A DNA stretch of 64,000 nt from Kiritimatiellia bacterium (GTDB taxonomy: Bacteria; Verrucomicrobiota; Kiritimatiellia; RFP12; UBA1067). Shown here one piece after another: positions 38,954-48,858 of this stretch. The stretch lies in contig JAGCVN010000042.1 of assembly GCA_017962315.1 (NCBI GenBank), forward strand, positions 16,031 to 80,030, in the 5' to 3' direction. Each line of letters begins with the position of its first letter. Position 1 is the first letter of the stretch. The notes under the pieces are model-generated. The model had not been told where the DNA came from. It saw nothing but the letters and a program-made list of their open reading frames with translations, and did no database searches. Made by a program: the position numbers and the translations under genes.

Positions 38954-39970
38954 ATGCTGGAAAAGAGAAGAAATTCGTTCACCTACCCGCTTACGAAAGC
39001 GCAGGAGACTTCGCTTCTCCTCCTTTTCGCCCAACGCGGGTACAGACACCGTCCAGGGGTGCCGTACACCGTCGTCTCGGTTGAAGGTCCGCATTGCATC
39101 ATCAACGTCTATACGAACGGGAAATGCGTGATCCAGGGACGCGGCGCGGAGGAGTTCGTCCTCTACACGATGGAACCGGAAATCCTCAAATGCGCCACGC
39201 TCGGGTACGAGGACGTTCTTGACCCGACGGCAGGTGTTCCGCACCTCGGTAGCGACGAGAGCGGAAAAGGCGACTTTTTCGGGCCGATCGTCGCCTGTGC
39301 CGCCTATTCCAACGCGGAACTCGCCGAGAAGATGCATGACATCGGTGTGAAAGACTGCAAACAGCTCACGGACATCACCTGCCTCGCCATCGCCGCGAGG
39401 CTGGAAACCCTTCTTGGCAACGGGCGTTTGAAACGGGTCATGATCGGTGCCCGACGCTACAACCAGCTTTACGCAAAGATGCATTCGGCGAACCGGATCC
39501 TCGCCTGGATCCACGCCCAGTGCATCGCGGAACTGCTCGCTTCGCAGCCGGACGCGGCGCTCGCCGTCGCCGACCAGTTCGGCGACGAAAAGCTGATCGA
39601 GGACGCCTTGAAATCCGCCTTGAAGAAACGAGGGCTCGCAAACCGGAAGTACAAGCTCGACCAGCACCACAAGGCGGAATCCGACATCGCCGTGGCGGCC
39701 GCCTCCATCCTGGCGCGCGCGACCTTCTTGCGGGCGATTGCGAAAATGAGCGAGACCTACGACCTGGAAATCCCGAAAGGCGCGACCAACGTACGCGACG
39801 CGGCGGTCAAGCTGGTCAAAAAGCACGGGGCGCAGGTGCTACTCGATTGCTGTAAATGCCACTTCCGAACCACCGACCAGGTATTGGAGGCGTGCGGACA
39901 GAAACGTGAAGTCCTGGGACCGGACGGACAGGCCGTCTCACTCCACGTAGACAAACCAAAGGCCGTTTGA
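38954..39970 (+). CDS. rnhC: ribonuclease HIII
   Basis: N-terminal TBP-like domain plus RNase HII-fold with GSDESGKGDFFGPIV active-site block; 338 aa. Confidence 0.8.
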   Translation: MLEKRRNSFTYPLTKAQETSLLLLFAQRGYRHRPGVPYTVVSVEGPHCIINVYTNGKCVIQGRGAEEFVLYTMEPEILKCATLGYEDVLDPTAGVPHLGSDESGKGDFFGPIVACAAYSNAELAEKMHDIGVKDCKQLTDITCLAIAARLETLLGNGRLKRVMIGARRYNQLYAKMHSANRILAWIHAQCIAELLASQPDAALAVADQFGDEKLIEDALKSALKKRGLANRKYKLDQHHKAESDIAVAAASILARATFLRAIAKMSETYDLEIPKGATNVRDAAVKLVKKHGAQVLLDCCKCHFRTTDQVLEACGQKREVLGPDGQAVSLHVDKPKAV

Positions 39971-39982
39971 GGAGAAAGAGAG

Positions 39983-40831
39983 ATGTCCATGAATGAGCAA
40001 TGTCGTTCTGCAGAGGGTATTTCGAGGAGAGGATTCCTGCAAGGTGTCGCAGCCCTGGGCGCGATGCCGCTGTTCGGCGCGAGCGGGGGAAGACTTCCGC
40101 CCATCCGGATCGCGCACTGTTGCGACCCGCAGCTCGGATTCGGTTCTGACGGGAAAGGGAAAGAGGCATATAAAAACGACCTCATCCGCGCCGAAAAGGA
40201 AATCGAAAAGATCAACGAACTGCAGCCGGATCTTTGTTTCTTCGGCGGAGACATGGTCAACCGCTGGAACGAGCTTTCTCATGACTGGCCGCGCCTGTTG
40301 AAACAGCTCCGTGTCCCGTGGATCGTCGCGGCGGGAAACCACGACATTCCGGATGACAAGAGTAAAACGCAGTGCGACCTCTTCACCTCCGTGTTTGGGT
40401 ACGTCTACACCGCGCAGACGATGAAAGGCTGGCGGCTGATCGCGGCGAACGGACAGTTTGAACGCGCACTTGGAAGCCATCCGGACTATCATGCCTGGCG
40501 CGACCGCGAACTGGACGAAGCGAAGAAGGCGGGACTTCCCGTGATCTGGTTGACGCACCAGCCGCCATTCGACCGGAAGCCGGACGAAGCGGACTCCTAC
40601 CAGAACTACCCGCTGAAAACGCGCCATGCGTTCCTCGACCGCTGCCTCGATTCAGGCGTCCGTTTCTTCCTCGCAGGACACACGCACCGGATGGCGAACC
40701 GTACCTACTGGCAGACGCCAGTGTTGAACTCCGAAACGACCTCGCGGAATTTCGACAAACGCCCCCACGGTTTCCGGATGCTGGACATTCCCGCTGAAGG
40801 CCCTTACAAATGGGAATTCGTCTCCGTTTGA
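39983..40831 (+). CDS. Tat-secreted metallophosphoesterase
   Basis: SRRGFLQGVAALGA Tat signal; GGDMVN...GNHD motifs. Confidence 0.7.
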   Translation: MSMNEQCRSAEGISRRGFLQGVAALGAMPLFGASGGRLPPIRIAHCCDPQLGFGSDGKGKEAYKNDLIRAEKEIEKINELQPDLCFFGGDMVNRWNELSHDWPRLLKQLRVPWIVAAGNHDIPDDKSKTQCDLFTSVFGYVYTAQTMKGWRLIAANGQFERALGSHPDYHAWRDRELDEAKKAGLPVIWLTHQPPFDRKPDEADSYQNYPLKTRHAFLDRCLDSGVRFFLAGHTHRMANRTYWQTPVLNSETTSRNFDKRPHGFRMLDIPAEGPYKWEFVSV

Positions 40832-40865
40832 GGGAGGGTTTAGAGGTATTTGCACGTTTCAAGGT

Positions 40866-43241
40866 TTGGAGAACCTTATGATGGACAAAAAGAGGCTGGT
40901 CTCGTATTTCAAAAGTGAACGTTTCATCGCGTTTTCGCTTTTCCTCCTTTTATTCGCCGTCGCGGCGTTGTACATCTTCCAGCCGGTCCTTTCGTGGGGC
41001 GTCGTCACGGTCTCGCCGGACGCTCCAAAGGTGTTTTCCGGATTCAACCTTGTCCATTACCTGGAAGCCCTCCTCGGCGGTTCGCTGGACTTCCAACCGG
41101 GGCAGCTGCGCGAATTCTTCTTCCATCCGCTCGTCTGGCAGGAGCTCCAGTATGCCGTTCCCTGCCTGATGGCGGCGATCGGACTCGCGTTTTACCTGCG
41201 CACGCAGGGGGTCGGGCGCACGGCGGCCTACGGCGGCGGACTTTTCTTCGCGTTTTGCGGGTATTCGTTTACCCTGGTCAATGCCGGACACCGCGGTTAC
41301 TTCTCCATCCTCGCCTATTTCCTGTTCACCTTCTGGCTGATGGACCGTTGTTTCGTGAAACGCCGCTGGCTGCATTTCGCCCTTCTCGGAGCGTTCGCGA
41401 TGTGGGCGGAAATGCAGCAGCCCGACATCTGGATGCTCTTCTTCGCCCTGCTGGTCTTCTACGGCATCTGGCGGCTTCTCCGCCTCTGGCTGGCGGAACG
41501 CAATGTTTCGTTCCTCTGGAAACTCTGCCCCCGCTTCCTCGTCACTGCCGCCGTGATGCTTCTGGTCGGTTCGAGCGCGATCCGCGCCGCGTTGACCGAA
41601 ACCCTGGCGGGACGCAAGGCTCAGATCGAGGCAAGCGCCTCCGTGCCTACAACGGACGGGAACGACGCCGAACAGAAGGCCGCCGAAGCGCACCGTCAGT
41701 GGATCTTCACGACGAACTGGAGCATGCCTCCGGAAGATTTCTGCGAAATGCTCGTGCCGGGGATTTTCGGAGACGACTCCGGGCGTCCCCCCTACCCCTA
41801 CTGGGGGCGTCTCGGACGTGTCGAAGACAGCCAGTTTGTGAAGGGGCGCACGCGGCCAAACTTCCGCCAGCATACGCTCTACATCGGCTTGACCGCCGTC
41901 CTGTTCGCCCTCTTCGGGATTTTCTCCGCCTGCCGCCGGTGTCGCAGCGATCAGGAACTCCCCCCCGGCGAGGCGCCGCGCCCGAATTACGCCGACGTCC
42001 CGTTCTGGGCGCTCACGGCAGTGTTGTGCGCCGTTTTCGCGATGGGGCGCTACACGCCCGTCTACAAACTTGTTTACCAGCTCCCGTTCGTCGATTACCT
42101 TCGCGCCCCCGTCAAGTTCTACCACCTGGTTGAACTGGCCGTAGCGTGCCTCGCCGGATTCGGGCTTCAGGCGTTTCTGGACGAGTCCGGGGCGGGACGG
42201 CGCGGCCGCCGCGCCTGGACGTTCGTCTGCCTTGGTGCGACAATCGCGCTCTTCATCGGGCTCCGCGTCTGTACCGCGAAGTGGGAAAACTTCGCGGGAC
42301 ACATCGAGCTGCTCGGCTTGCGGGGTTTCGGGAAGACGCTCGCCGGATACATGCAAACCAACCTGAAGCAGGCGATGTTGCTCGCCGCCGCACTGACCGG
42401 CGCGTTCGCGTTTGCCGGCTTTTACAAGAAGGCCGGGAAACGTACGCTGGTGACGCTCGCAACACTGCTCATCGTCCTCGGCGTTTGCGATATGGCCCGC
42501 GTCTGCCGCCGATTCATCGTCCCGGTGGACGTGACGGCGTACAACACCACCAATCCCCTCATTGAGAAACTTTCCGAGTTGACGGGAAACCGTGCCGCCC
42601 TCATCGCCAACTACGCGACGCACCCACAAGGTCCGCAATTCTGGCTGAACGACGTGATGGCGCGATACGGGTACGAATCCGCCCTGCCCTACGACCGCCG
42701 GAGCGAATGGTTGCCGCTCTACCTTGAATATGGCGCCCGCCCCATCTCCTACCTGCAAAAATCCGGTGCGCAGTTCACATTGCTCACACGCGAGAAAGTG
42801 GCGGAGTTCGATGCGTCCGGTATCCTTGAACCGGTGATGGACATGACCATCGACGGGAACGGCATCCATCGTTGCGAGCCGAACCAGGACAGCATCGCGC
42901 TCTGCCGCATCAAACTGCACTCGGATCCGCCGATGCTGCTAGCGGAACGGACGCGACCCCAGTCGCTCTCAACGAAGGGCGTCGCCGAGCTGGCGGAAGA
43001 CGGCCTTGTCCGGACGCAAGACCGGTTTGAACCGGGCCTTGTCGCGTTTGTCGATGGGAAACCCGCCGAACTTGTAGAAGCAGCAGGAAAACGCGTCGCC
43101 GTCCGTGTCCCCAAAGGGAAGCACACGGTGGAAGTCCGCCACGTTTACTCCATGCGCGGTATCTGGGGTGTCCTGTGTTTCCTGGCGTTGACGATCTGGA
43201 CGTTCATCGACCACCTCCTGTGCCGAAAAGCCCTCTCCTAG
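40866..43241 (+). CDS. large polytopic membrane protein (YfhO/glycosyltransferase-like); family assignment tentative
   Basis: 791 aa, many TM segments plus large extracytoplasmic domains. Confidence 0.45.
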   Translation: MENLMMDKKRLVSYFKSERFIAFSLFLLLFAVAALYIFQPVLSWGVVTVSPDAPKVFSGFNLVHYLEALLGGSLDFQPGQLREFFFHPLVWQELQYAVPCLMAAIGLAFYLRTQGVGRTAAYGGGLFFAFCGYSFTLVNAGHRGYFSILAYFLFTFWLMDRCFVKRRWLHFALLGAFAMWAEMQQPDIWMLFFALLVFYGIWRLLRLWLAERNVSFLWKLCPRFLVTAAVMLLVGSSAIRAALTETLAGRKAQIEASASVPTTDGNDAEQKAAEAHRQWIFTTNWSMPPEDFCEMLVPGIFGDDSGRPPYPYWGRLGRVEDSQFVKGRTRPNFRQHTLYIGLTAVLFALFGIFSACRRCRSDQELPPGEAPRPNYADVPFWALTAVLCAVFAMGRYTPVYKLVYQLPFVDYLRAPVKFYHLVELAVACLAGFGLQAFLDESGAGRRGRRAWTFVCLGATIALFIGLRVCTAKWENFAGHIELLGLRGFGKTLAGYMQTNLKQAMLLAAALTGAFAFAGFYKKAGKRTLVTLATLLIVLGVCDMARVCRRFIVPVDVTAYNTTNPLIEKLSELTGNRAALIANYATHPQGPQFWLNDVMARYGYESALPYDRRSEWLPLYLEYGARPISYLQKSGAQFTLLTREKVAEFDASGILEPVMDMTIDGNGIHRCEPNQDSIALCRIKLHSDPPMLLAERTRPQSLSTKGVAELAEDGLVRTQDRFEPGLVAFVDGKPAELVEAAGKRVAVRVPKGKHTVEVRHVYSMRGIWGVLCFLALTIWTFIDHLLCRKALS

Positions 43242-43277
43242 CCGGACTCTTTACCCCTGCCCAAGAACAGGTTCAAA

Positions 43278-44870
43278 ATGACACGACATTCCATACTTCT
43301 CGTTTTTTCTTTCGCTTTTTCGATATGCCTCGCCAACAGCCCGTTTGCGGTGCATGTGAACCCCGCGCCGCAAGACGGGACTGACGTCGTCTCTGTTTCG
43401 GTTTCCATCCCTCCGAAACACGTGGTCTACGCAAACTCTTTCAAAGTGGCGTCCGGTGATCAGCCGGCGGTTTCCCTCCGCACCGACGCACCCACGCGCA
43501 AGCCGGATCCCCTGAACGAGGGGGAGACCGTTTCTGTATTCGTAACGGATTTCGTTTCTGTATGGCGCATCCAGGGGTTTGCCGAAGGGAAACGCATCAA
43601 AGTCTCGTTGCAAGGGTGCGACGACACCACGTGTTTCATGCCGGAGACGCATACGTTCGTGTGGCAAGGCGGCACATTCGTGCCGCTCGAAGAGGCGGAC
43701 GGCGAAATCGCGTCCGATGACCATGCAGATTGGAACGCCGGGCGGAAACAAGTCACGGCAGGGGGATACCTCTCCCCTTCCGCCTTTCTCGCGTTCCTTG
43801 ACCGGGCGGAAGGCAAGGCATCCGGCGAAACGTCCTTTTTCGACGACCCCGGCGCGTTTCTTCGCCGGAACGGCATCTGGCTGACCCTCCTCCTGATTCT
43901 CGTCGGCGGCTTGCTGTTGAATTTCACGCCATGCGTCCTTCCAATGATTCCGGTCAACCTCGCGATCATCGGGGCCGGTGCCGCATCGCGTACGGCGGAG
44001 GGGCGTCCCGCGAAAGGCAGGGGATTCGCGCTGGGAGCCGCCTACGGACTCGGTATCGTGGCCGCCTACGGCGGCGCGGGATGGGCCGTTGTTCGCAGCG
44101 GTGCTTTTTTTGGTTCCTTCCAGAGTTCCCCCTGGTTCAGTCTCGGCGCGGCGATCCTCTTCGCCGCTTTCGCGCTGGCGATGTTCGACCTCTTCGCAAT
44201 CGATTTCACGCGGTTCCGGAAGCGCCGCACGTCGAAAAAGGGCATGGGGACGAGAGCCCGGTTTGTCGGCGCCTTTGCCGCCGGGGCGGCGAGCGCGGTT
44301 TTAGCCGGTGCGTGTGTCGCCCCCGTCGTACTGGCGGTGCTGCTCCTGGCTGGTTCACTTTATGCGGACGGTTCCGTATCCGCGCAGTTTCTGCCCTTCG
44401 TGCTGGGATTCGGCATGGCACTTCCCTGGCCCTTTGCCGGAATGGGGCTTTCCATCCTGCCGAAACCAGGTATGTGGATGACCCGCGTAAAGCAGATCTT
44501 CGGCATACTCCTGTTTCTCTTGTCTGGGTATTACGCCGTCCTCGCGTATTCCGGTTTTACCTACAAACCCGTCTCATCCGGCGAGACGGGAATTACGGCG
44601 GGAGACCACACGGCGTGGTATGCCGCGTTAAGCGCGGCGGGAGACCGTCCCGTTCTCGTCGATTTCTGGGCGACCTGGTGCAAGAACTGCGCCGCGATGG
44701 AACGCCGGACCTTCCGCGATCCCGCCGTCCAGAAACGGCTCTCCGGCTACACCGTGATCCGCGTCCAGGCGGAACGTCCCGACGAGGTTCGCGAGATGCT
44801 GGACACATTCGGCGTGAAAGGGCTTCCTTCTTTCGCCGTGCTGCTTCCGTCCAAAACAACTGCAAACTGA
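43278..44870 (+). CDS. dsbD: thiol:disulfide interchange protein DsbD family (N-terminal periplasmic domain, CcdA-like TM core, C-terminal thioredoxin WCKNC)
   Basis: 530 aa; CVLPMIP in the TM core and VDFWATWCKNC at the C-terminus. Confidence 0.75.
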   Translation: MTRHSILLVFSFAFSICLANSPFAVHVNPAPQDGTDVVSVSVSIPPKHVVYANSFKVASGDQPAVSLRTDAPTRKPDPLNEGETVSVFVTDFVSVWRIQGFAEGKRIKVSLQGCDDTTCFMPETHTFVWQGGTFVPLEEADGEIASDDHADWNAGRKQVTAGGYLSPSAFLAFLDRAEGKASGETSFFDDPGAFLRRNGIWLTLLLILVGGLLLNFTPCVLPMIPVNLAIIGAGAASRTAEGRPAKGRGFALGAAYGLGIVAAYGGAGWAVVRSGAFFGSFQSSPWFSLGAAILFAAFALAMFDLFAIDFTRFRKRRTSKKGMGTRARFVGAFAAGAASAVLAGACVAPVVLAVLLLAGSLYADGSVSAQFLPFVLGFGMALPWPFAGMGLSILPKPGMWMTRVKQIFGILLFLLSGYYAVLAYSGFTYKPVSSGETGITAGDHTAWYAALSAAGDRPVLVDFWATWCKNCAAMERRTFRDPAVQKRLSGYTVIRVQAERPDEVREMLDTFGVKGLPSFAVLLPSKTTAN

Positions 44871-44891
44871 TCAAATGGCAATCGCACCAAT

Positions 44892-46232
44892 ATGAAAACC
44901 ACAGTAAAGAACAGTCACGATTTCCCGTCTGTGCGGAAATCAGAATACATCGGTGCGGTGTCTTTCCTAGTCTGCGCCTTCACCGCGTTCTCGTCCTTTG
45001 CGGAGGCGAGGATTCCGATCATCGGCTGGGGTGCGCTCGCAGCCGAGGAGGCCGATGCGGAACGCTACCGCGAGGCAAAGGAGGCGGGATTCACGCACCT
45101 CACGCAGTGGTGTGCGTCTCCTGAGATCGCACGGCGTCTCCTTGACGAGGCGGAAAAGGCCGACATCAAGCTCATTATCGGCCTCGGTCACGAGATTAAG
45201 CGTATGACCGCCGCCGCCAAAGAGTTCACCGCCGCAACGAAGGACTCGCCCGCCCTCGAATACTACTACATCACCGACGAACCGCACATCCGCCTTACGA
45301 ACGACCTCAAAAGGTGTGTCGCCCGCTTCGAGACGCTTGATCCCGCCCATCCGTGTTACGTGAACCTCTTCGGCGCGCTCTGCGACCGCTGGACGCGCAA
45401 GGACGAAGAACGCCAGCGTAAATACACCGGTTGCGCCACGCACGACGAGTACATCCGCCGACTCTACGACATCGTACCCCTGAAACTCATCAGCTTTGAC
45501 ATGTATCCCGTCCTCTCTTTCAAGCCGTTAGAGGACGGCGACTTCCGTCTGCATGGCGGGCGCGTATTCCTGAAGGAGCGGTGGTACGAGACGCTGGAGA
45601 CCACAAGCGCACTCGCCCGCGAGAGGAACATCCCGATGTTCGCATTCGCCCTCATTGCGGCGCACCGGCACTATCCGGCAAACGACTACCCCGTGCCGAC
45701 CCTCGACCATTTGCGGCTCCAGATCTACTCCGACCTCGCATATGGCGCACAGGGGCTCCAGTATTTCCGCTATAAGCTGGCGCGGAAGGACTACCACGGT
45801 TACAACAACGCCCCCATCCTCTTCGAAAAAAAACGCAGTCCGGTCTTCGAGCGTGTGCGCGAGATCAACAAGGAAGTCCAGGCTCGGGCGCACGTGTTCT
45901 TGGGCGCGAAAGTGCAGGGCGTGTGGCATACGGGAATCGACATTCCGCTCGGCACAAAGCGCGTCGATGAGAAGTGTCTGCCGCCGTTTGTCAAAACCTT
46001 CACCACACTGAAGGGCGGCGCGGCGATCGTCTCGTGGCTCAAGAACGGCGGGAAAGACTACCTGATGGTCGTCAACCGTGATCCGAACGACGACATCACA
46101 CTCAAAGCAACGTTCGCGCCTGGCGTGGAAATCGTGCGCCGCGACGGCACGACGGCATCTGCAGCCGCCTATGCGGACTACTTCTGGCTTGATCCCGGCG
46201 ATACCGTGATCTTCGCCTCACCGGTAAAGTGA
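44892..46232 (+). CDS. putative glycoside hydrolase-like TIM-barrel protein (GH42-like/unclassified)
   Basis: Signal peptide; weak resemblance only. Confidence 0.4.
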   Translation: MKTTVKNSHDFPSVRKSEYIGAVSFLVCAFTAFSSFAEARIPIIGWGALAAEEADAERYREAKEAGFTHLTQWCASPEIARRLLDEAEKADIKLIIGLGHEIKRMTAAAKEFTAATKDSPALEYYYITDEPHIRLTNDLKRCVARFETLDPAHPCYVNLFGALCDRWTRKDEERQRKYTGCATHDEYIRRLYDIVPLKLISFDMYPVLSFKPLEDGDFRLHGGRVFLKERWYETLETTSALARERNIPMFAFALIAAHRHYPANDYPVPTLDHLRLQIYSDLAYGAQGLQYFRYKLARKDYHGYNNAPILFEKKRSPVFERVREINKEVQARAHVFLGAKVQGVWHTGIDIPLGTKRVDEKCLPPFVKTFTTLKGGAAIVSWLKNGGKDYLMVVNRDPNDDITLKATFAPGVEIVRRDGTTASAAAYADYFWLDPGDTVIFASPVK

Positions 46233-46244
46233 GAGGAAGAGTAA

Positions 46245-48179
46245 ATGAAAACTGTACCATTATGCGTGGCACTTGTATGCGTGGCGGCTGCGTCTCCTGC
46301 GTTGGCCGGGGACGGACAGGCTCCCGCAATGCGCTGGCGCATTGCGGACGGCGGGAAGCGGATCGTATGGGACGTTGCGCACGACGTGCGTCTGCCGCAC
46401 GGCGACAGGTTCGAGATGAGCGGCCTCCGGGCGTCGCTCATCTTCTCCTACGACGTGGCGGGCGACAGGTCGCTCGCACTTGGACGCAAGGTCGTGTGGC
46501 CCGCCTACCGCGTGCAGCCGAACAACACGCACGGCTCGTTCGCGTACAAGTTCTCCGAGAAGAAGGTGCCGCGTCTGACGGTAGACGGAAAGCCGTGCGG
46601 CGAAATCGCGGATGCGATTTCGTTCGACGGCGTGTGGCGCGCCGAATCGCGCTCCGCCGACGGTTCGCTGCGCATTGTCCGCGCCGTGTTCCCGTCCATT
46701 GACAAGGCGGCGTCGTTCGAGTGGATCGAGGTGGAGAACGCGGGGGCCGAGCCGCGCAAGGTGGGTTTCACGAAAGACTTCACCGACTACGCCTTGGGTT
46801 GCACGGGACGCTATGAGGTGCGCGCGCAGGCGTTTCCGTCCGGCGTCCGCACGCTCGCTCCCGGCGAGAAGGGCGCGTGGACGCTGCGGCTCTCGGCGCG
46901 GCGCGTGAACGAGCCGGATGGGCCCGCCGACGGCGCGGCGGAACTTGCCGCCCGCGTAAAGCGCGTGGAGCAACTGACCGCGCCGCTTGTCCTTGAAACG
47001 GGCATTCCTGAAATTGATACGGCGTTCCACTTCGCGAAGATCCGAGCGGGCGAAAGCATCTTCGCCACGCGCACGGGGATTGTCCATTCGCCCGGCGGCG
47101 GGTCGTACTACGCGGCGTCGTGGTGCAACGACCAGGTGGAATACGCGAACCCGTGGTTTTCGTTCACGGGCGACGCCATGGCGTTGGAGGCGTCCATGAA
47201 CGCCTACCGGCACTACGTTCCGTTCATGGGGCCGCGTTATGAACCGATTCCGAGTTCCGTTATCGCTGAGGGCCTTGACTACTGGAACGGCAAGGGAGAC
47301 CGCGGCGACGCCGCGATGTTCGCGTATGGCGCCACGCGCTTCGTGCTGGCGACGGGACGTCGCGACTGGGCGGAGGAGCTTCTGCCCGCGATCCGGTGGT
47401 CGCTTGAATACTGCCGCCGACAGCTGAACGAGGCCGGCGTGGTGAAGTCCAACTGCGACGAGCTGGAGCTTCGCCTTCCGGCGGGGGACGCGAACCTCTG
47501 CACGTCGTCGCTCTACTACGACGCGCTACGCCACGCCGCGATGCTGGAGAAGGAGATCGGCAGCACCAAAGCGGCGGCGGACGATGCGGCGCGGGCGGCA
47601 AAGATGGCGGAGGCGATCGAGCGGCACTTCGGATGCGACATGCACGGATTCCACACCTACCGCTACTACGAGGGATGCGAGGTACTGCGCTCGTGGATCG
47701 GCATTCCGCTCTGCATGGGCATCTACAACCGTGCCGTGGGCACGACGGACGCACTCTTCTCGCCCAGGCTCTGGACGGGCATGGGGATGCTCTGCGCGGA
47801 GGGCGACAAGAGGGGTGTGACGTGGGACCGCAGCGTGTTGTATGCGTTTCGTGGTGTGTTCGCGGCGGGGCTGGGCAACGGCATAATGGAGAAATTTCTT
47901 GAATATTCGCGTTCGCGTCTCCTGGGCGAACACGTGCCGTATCCCGTCGAGGCGTGGCCGGAGGGCGGCAAGCGTCATCTTTCGGCGGAGAGCGCACTCT
48001 ACTGTCGGATCGTGACGGAGGGCATCTTCGGAATCGAGCCGACAGGGTTTGGAACGTTCAAGGTCAACGCCCGGCTCCCGAAGGGCGTGAAGCGCATGTC
48101 GCTCAAAAACATCCGCGCATTCGGCCGCGTGTTCGATGTTGTGGTTGATAGCGATGGCACGCGGATCATCGAGAGGTAA
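46245..48179 (+). CDS. secreted hypothetical protein, possible (alpha/alpha)6 six-hairpin glycosidase
   Basis: Signal peptide MKTVPLCVALVCVAAASPALA; 644 aa; assignment weak. Confidence 0.4.
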   Translation: MKTVPLCVALVCVAAASPALAGDGQAPAMRWRIADGGKRIVWDVAHDVRLPHGDRFEMSGLRASLIFSYDVAGDRSLALGRKVVWPAYRVQPNNTHGSFAYKFSEKKVPRLTVDGKPCGEIADAISFDGVWRAESRSADGSLRIVRAVFPSIDKAASFEWIEVENAGAEPRKVGFTKDFTDYALGCTGRYEVRAQAFPSGVRTLAPGEKGAWTLRLSARRVNEPDGPADGAAELAARVKRVEQLTAPLVLETGIPEIDTAFHFAKIRAGESIFATRTGIVHSPGGGSYYAASWCNDQVEYANPWFSFTGDAMALEASMNAYRHYVPFMGPRYEPIPSSVIAEGLDYWNGKGDRGDAAMFAYGATRFVLATGRRDWAEELLPAIRWSLEYCRRQLNEAGVVKSNCDELELRLPAGDANLCTSSLYYDALRHAAMLEKEIGSTKAAADDAARAAKMAEAIERHFGCDMHGFHTYRYYEGCEVLRSWIGIPLCMGIYNRAVGTTDALFSPRLWTGMGMLCAEGDKRGVTWDRSVLYAFRGVFAAGLGNGIMEKFLEYSRSRLLGEHVPYPVEAWPEGGKRHLSAESALYCRIVTEGIFGIEPTGFGTFKVNARLPKGVKRMSLKNIRAFGRVFDVVVDSDGTRIIER

Positions 48180-48224
48180 AAAGACTTCACCTTTGATATG
48201 ACGGCATGCGACCAGATCTGACCA

Positions 48225-48539
48225 GTGTCCAAGGATCGCTATGACATATCAATCTCTGCGCTGACGCAGGAGTTTGGCATTTCCAAACAGAGCAAGGTGT
48301 CGATGGGCAAAAGCGTCCGCCTGACGCACCTCGGACACGGTATTTACCGGGCGAAACACCTTGTCATCGGGTTGAACGACATGTACGCAATATCTGTTGC
48401 CGTCGTCGGCGAAGGTACGTATCTGAGGGGTTCGTCCGTGCTGTACATGCTCGGATTCTCGCCCGCAAATCCCTCTACCTTCCACGTCAAGATGCCAAGT
48501 CGATATAACTTTCAAGGAGCGGCGGAACTCGCCAGCTGA
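48225..48539 (+). CDS. AbiEi-like antitoxin N-terminal wHTH domain only (104 aa; no cognate AbiEii nucleotidyltransferase); probable remnant
   Basis: ISISALTQEFGISKQSKVSMGKSVRLTHLGHGIY resembles the AbiEi N-terminal motif (...GI..Y). Followed by a hairpin CGGGAGGG-ATGC-CCTCCCG. Confidence 0.35.
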   Translation: MSKDRYDISISALTQEFGISKQSKVSMGKSVRLTHLGHGIYRAKHLVIGLNDMYAISVAVVGEGTYLRGSSVLYMLGFSPANPSTFHVKMPSRYNFQGAAELAS

Positions 48540-48554
48540 CAAACGGATACTACA

Positions 48555-48630
48555 CGGTTTCAATGTAAACGCAGAGGGGCAACATCCTCCGTCGCCCGAA
48601 TCGGGAGGGATGCCCTCCCGATCCCGGTTC
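48555..48630. repeat. short relative of the repeat family ('AAACGCAGAGGGGCAAC' plus hairpin CGGGAGGG/CCTCCCG)
   Basis: Shares the 'TTGAACGCAG...AGGGCAACGGGG' motif with copies at 9.9, 56.4 and 58.3 kb. Confidence 0.25.
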
Positions 48631-48858
48631 GTGTAAAACGGGTTCTAGCCTAACACAACCGGGAGAGGATAAGAAACAAAATAATTTTCCTGTTGAGAGG
48701 GAATTCAGCCGCAACGGACATATCGGGATTTTCCCCTCGGAGGTGCGGCGAAAATGTGCCCTGATAACTTTTGTATCTCACTTTTAGCTTGCGATTTAGG
48801 CTTGAATAGGGTGAAATAGGGGCGTCCGTTTTCGTAAGACTTTAGGAGGTAATGAATT